From positions 102,184 to 134,183 of the forward strand of contig CAYJEJ010000002.1 in assembly GCA_964369315.1 (NCBI GenBank): a DNA stretch of 32,000 bases, written 5' to 3'. The position numbers were made by a program, and so were the translations under genes. The notes below the pieces were generated by a model. It searched no databases, was not told where the DNA came from, and worked only from the letters and a program-made list of their open reading frames with translations. Source of the DNA: an uncultured Alphaproteobacteria bacterium (lineage in GTDB: Bacteria > Pseudomonadota > Alphaproteobacteria > UBA3830 > JAIRWN01). Shown here one piece after another: positions 28,664 through 32,000 of the stretch (the first letter of the stretch is position 1; every line of letters starts with the position of its first letter).

Positions 28664-31318
28664 TTAGCAATCAACATAATATTGTTCTAATAAGTTAAAC
28701 CAGACTGTTTTTACGCGTGTTTCACGACCAGTGACATAGAGGTTATCCTGAGCTCTTGAGAGGGCGACATATAAGAGCCTTTGTTTTTCTTGCTTTTGTT
28801 CTTCTTTAAAGGTTTCAATGCCTGCACATACGTTATTAGGTGTTTTGATTTGCGGTGGAAAAAATATTGGCAAAATGTTGGTGTAAGATTCGTCCGAATT
28901 TATCCAAGTTGGGGGAAGTTCGTTTTTACCTTGTCCATTTATGTCTGCAATAATGACAAATGGTGCCTGTAAACCTTTAGAACGATGTACGGTCATAACC
29001 TGTATTTTCTCATTTTGTTTAAATTCACGTTTAATGTTTGATGAATGCTTTTTAAACCAAGGGATAAATCCAGAAATAGTTAATAATCCAGCCCGTTCAT
29101 AAACGAAGACATGTTCCATAAATTCGTTTAATATATCTTGAAAACCTTCACCAAAATGGCTATGAAATTTTTTTCTTAATGCGAATTTTGGGTTGTCTAA
29201 TAGTTGAGAAAAAAACATATACGGAGAAAGCCCGTTCCCAAGCGTTAACCATTCGGACAGTAATGAATAAATATCTTGTGTTTCTGTGTCAGATTTTAGT
29301 TGCTCAAAAATAAAACTAGGGCGATGAATACATATTCGGCTGAGTTCTTTATCGTCAATTCCCACAATTGAAGATTTCAGCAAGCACGCCAAGTTCATAT
29401 CATCATAAGGGTTGGTGACAAATTTTGCTAGACTAATTAGGTCTTCCACTAAGATTTCATCTATTAAAGAAATTCTGTCTGCTCCATCGACGGGGAGGTC
29501 AGCTTTTTTTAAGGCATTTATGATAGGGGTCATTAATTTGCCTCGTTGTTGTAATAAAATCAAAAAATCTTTTGGGGTCGCCGGCCGTTTTTTTGACGGA
29601 ACAAATGTTTTTGTATCAATAATTTGTTTGATATTACTCGCTATTTTTGTTGCCAAATTTATGATTTGGTCGTCCTCGTGCTCAGAAGGTTGTTCAAAAG
29701 GGTTTGAAGAGGTTTCTTGGTTTGTGAGTTGAGGCTTTTTTTCCAAGGACCAAAACTCAACTTTCCCAACTTCTTTTAATCGGAAAGGGATATGTTTTGT
29801 AGGAATTTTACCAACGCCAGATGTCTGCGTCGGGTCTTTAAAAATGTCATCTATGAAAGATAATATAGCAGGCGTTGACCTGAATGAAACATTTAATGGG
29901 ATTTCATGCCACCTAGGGTTGTGAATTTTTGCTTCAGACTGAAGGTGGTTTTTGTTTGCAAGAAAAGATTTCAAATCTGCACCTTGAAAACCATAAATAG
30001 CTTGTTTTTGGTCGCCCACTACAAACAGTGTTTTAGGTTGCCCCGTCTGGTTGGAGAAATAATCGTCACTGCAAATGGTTCTTAAAATCTCCCATTGTAT
30101 GGGGCTGGTGTCTTGAGCTTCGTCTAGAAGGACATGATTGAGGGACTCGTTGATTTTATACCTTATCCAGTGATTGTTTTTTAATAAAAGCAAGGTTTTG
30201 AAGATTAAATCATCATAATCTAATCGTTCATTTTTTAGGGATTGACATTGTGTGTAAATATCTTTTAAAGCCAAGGATAATGCTAGGTTACTTAGGGCGA
30301 ATTTTTGTGTGGATTGCTGGTTAAACAAGGAGAAAATTTCTTTTGCGATTTCGTCAATATTGTCGCAATGAGCGGGGAATAATTTTTTCAACTTTGCAGG
30401 GTATAATGTTTGTCGCAAACCCCCATCTTTTGTCAGAAAAATATTAAAAATATCATTATCTTCAATGTTTTGATAATCTTCTTGAAGATTGGAAAAACAA
30501 TAAAGTATTTTTGATGATAATAAACTGTCGTCTTGGGTTAATTTGGAACTAATGTCGGAATAGATGTTAAAAATATTCTCTTTTATAGAAAGTGGGATAA
30601 CAATTTTGTTATTGGATAATATTTGCTCTATGTTTATGTCGTTTAAGTCAATATTAAGCTGGAATAATTTTGAATAACTGTCCGCTAGATTTTCTGGTGT
30701 GTTGGCACAAAGAGAATTTAAATATAACCTGTCGTTTATTAATTTTTTTATTATTAAGAGCAGTCCTTCGTCACTTTTAAATAAGCTTAAAATCTCGAAC
30801 GCTTTGAATAGGTAAGGGGTGTTTTTACTAAGAGAGATAGATTTTTTCAAGGATTTTTCCAAAATTTCATCTGTTTCGGATTCGCTTAAGATGTTTAATG
30901 GCACAGAAACATCAGCTTCGAAAGAGAACGTTTCTAATAGGTTTTGACAAAAACCATGGATGGTTTGAACCCTTAATTTTTGATTAGTATCTAGAATTTT
31001 ATTGAATAAATTTTTTGCATAAATTACTTGTTCATTTGTTGTGTGTTCGAACATTTCTTGAAGTTGGGAACGGACTTGTTCAAAATCAGCATTTTTCCAA
31101 GAAAGCAATTTGTCCTTAATTCTGCTCAGCATTTCTGAAGCAGCAGAGTTTGTGAATGTAATGCATAATATTTTATCTATTGGCACATTATTGACTAATA
31201 AAGCTAGAATTCTATCTACTAAAACTTTAGTTTTGCCTGTTCCTGCGGACGCTTCTATCCAAATGTTTGCTGTGATATCGCAAATTTTCTTTATTTTGAG
31301 TTTTTCTTTGTCGTCCAT
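28664..31318 (-). CDS. addA: AddA-like UvrD/Rep superfamily helicase without a recognisable C-terminal nuclease domain
   Basis: ASAGTGKTKVLVDR, ITFTNSAASEM, TIHGFCQNLL, LLDEAQDTSPIQWEIL, VVGDQKQAIYGFQGAD, TVHRSKGLQAPFVI, RLLYVALSRAQDNLYVTG; ORF stops about 20 residues past the last motif. Confidence 0.88.
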   Translation of the reverse strand: MDDKEKLKIKKICDITANIWIEASAGTGKTKVLVDRILALLVNNVPIDKILCITFTNSAASEMLSRIKDKLLSWKNADFEQVRSQLQEMFEHTTNEQVIYAKNLFNKILDTNQKLRVQTIHGFCQNLLETFSFEADVSVPLNILSESETDEILEKSLKKSISLSKNTPYLFKAFEILSLFKSDEGLLLIIKKLINDRLYLNSLCANTPENLADSYSKLFQLNIDLNDINIEQILSNNKIVIPLSIKENIFNIYSDISSKLTQDDSLLSSKILYCFSNLQEDYQNIEDNDIFNIFLTKDGGLRQTLYPAKLKKLFPAHCDNIDEIAKEIFSLFNQQSTQKFALSNLALSLALKDIYTQCQSLKNERLDYDDLIFKTLLLLKNNHWIRYKINESLNHVLLDEAQDTSPIQWEILRTICSDDYFSNQTGQPKTLFVVGDQKQAIYGFQGADLKSFLANKNHLQSEAKIHNPRWHEIPLNVSFRSTPAILSFIDDIFKDPTQTSGVGKIPTKHIPFRLKEVGKVEFWSLEKKPQLTNQETSSNPFEQPSEHEDDQIINLATKIASNIKQIIDTKTFVPSKKRPATPKDFLILLQQRGKLMTPIINALKKADLPVDGADRISLIDEILVEDLISLAKFVTNPYDDMNLACLLKSSIVGIDDKELSRICIHRPSFIFEQLKSDTETQDIYSLLSEWLTLGNGLSPYMFFSQLLDNPKFALRKKFHSHFGEGFQDILNEFMEHVFVYERAGLLTISGFIPWFKKHSSNIKREFKQNEKIQVMTVHRSKGLQAPFVIIADINGQGKNELPPTWINSDESYTNILPIFFPPQIKTPNNVCAGIETFKEEQKQEKQRLLYVALSRAQDNLYVTGRETRVKTVWFNLLEQYYVDC

Positions 31319-32000
31319 TCTTTTTCTCTTGAAAGGTGCTTGTACTCTGGGGTTACACAGGTTCCAGCTGATAAGGGGGTATTGGTGATTTCATGCAATG
31401 CATGTTTAATGTTGAGAATGATTTCGTTTTTCTTTTGTAAGATAAAGGAAAGTGGAACATTGACTGTTTGTATGTTCTCAAATCCACCATTGAAATTTAA
31501 AAATTGAAAATTTATTTTGTTGAGTTGGTAATCTGGGGTAATTTTATTCAATGTCATAATAACTTTTAAATTGGTTTTTAAATCATATCCAAGTTTAATG
31601 TTGTTTATTTTAGTGATAGGTTTAAGAGAGTATTGCTTAATTTCTAGGTTTTCACTATGTTTAAGAATGTTTAACTCATCAATAGTGGTGTTGATTTTTA
31701 ATTGTTTATTGCACCCTAAGTCTAAAATTATATTTGTTTTTATTTGTTTTAATGCAATATTTTGATTAGAATGGGTTTTTTTATTTATTTCATTCAATAT
31801 TCTTTTTTCTCGAAATGACCACAAGCTGTTTTCTGATGAAATATTTTTTGCTTTTAAATTATATAGCCGATTAATATTAGCTTCACCGTAAAGCTCATAG
31901 AGAGATGTCAGCTTGAGTGAATGTTTTGCCCATAATTCATAAGAATTGGAGTAAATCTTGCAAAAATCATTTAAGGATAATTCATTGATTGTCTCACCTA
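31291..32000 (-). CDS. C-terminal portion of a divergent AddB-like protein (5' end outside window)
   Basis: Frame is open to the window edge; reading past the listed TTG start gives ETINELSLNDFCKIYSNSYELWAKHSLKLTSL, resembling alphaproteobacterial AddB SVTEIE..IRDPYAIYARHVLRL; ends TPLSAGTCVTPEYKHLSREKEW; overlaps addA by 28 nt as expected for addB-addA. Confidence 0.65.
   Translation of the reverse strand, partial: GETINELSLNDFCKIYSNSYELWAKHSLKLTSLYELYGEANINRLYNLKAKNISSENSLWSFREKRILNEINKKTHSNQNIALKQIKTNIILDLGCNKQLKINTTIDELNILKHSENLEIKQYSLKPITKINNIKLGYDLKTNLKVIMTLNKITPDYQLNKINFQFLNFNGGFENIQTVNVPLSFILQKKNEIILNIKHALHEITNTPLSAGTCVTPEYKHLSREKEWTTKKNSK

Noticed and set aside
29412-29732. 106-aa + strand ORF inside addA
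   Set aside because: Shadow frame of the AddA-like helicase.
1-32000. CRISPR arrays, transposons, prophage, toxin-antitoxin or defence islands
   Set aside because: No direct-repeat arrays, transposase/integrase motifs or recognisable defence modules were seen on either strand; intergenic regions are short and AT-rich.
1-32000. Alternative genetic code (UGA = Trp)
   Set aside because: TGA serves as stop in surA and elsewhere, the tRNA-Trp has a CCA anticodon, and conserved proteins translate correctly with the standard bacterial code.

Overview
Low-GC alphaproteobacterial chromosomal segment, dense in housekeeping genes. No CRISPR array, transposase, prophage or rRNA was seen. Order on the + strand: surA, rsmA, ftsZ, ftsH, glmM, gap, engB, dapD, MHS-type MFS transporter, lpxI, lpxB, GDPD phosphodiesterase, tRNA-Trp, secE, nusG, rplK, rplA, rplJ, rplL, GT2-GtrA fusion, dps-like. 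On the - strand: a 190-aa exported orphan, an LdtR-like MarR regulator, an RNase D-like exonuclease, tRNA-Leu(CAG), a multi-TM GT-C-like protein, a 193-aa exported/membrane orphan, lysS, a YfgM-like TPR protein, accC, accB, an AddA-like helicase and the C-terminal part of a probable AddB. I did not find a convincing new multi-gene defence or mobile system. The best leads are: (1) an addBA locus where AddA ends right after helicase motif VI and the AddB C-terminus seems to lack the nuclease core motif; (2) a GtrB-GtrA-like fusion convergent with an orphan GT-C-like protein, placed directly after rplL where rpoBC is normally found; (3) an L10-leader-like RNA before rplJ; (4) two orphan exported proteins. 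Identifications are from recalled family motifs only; no search was run.
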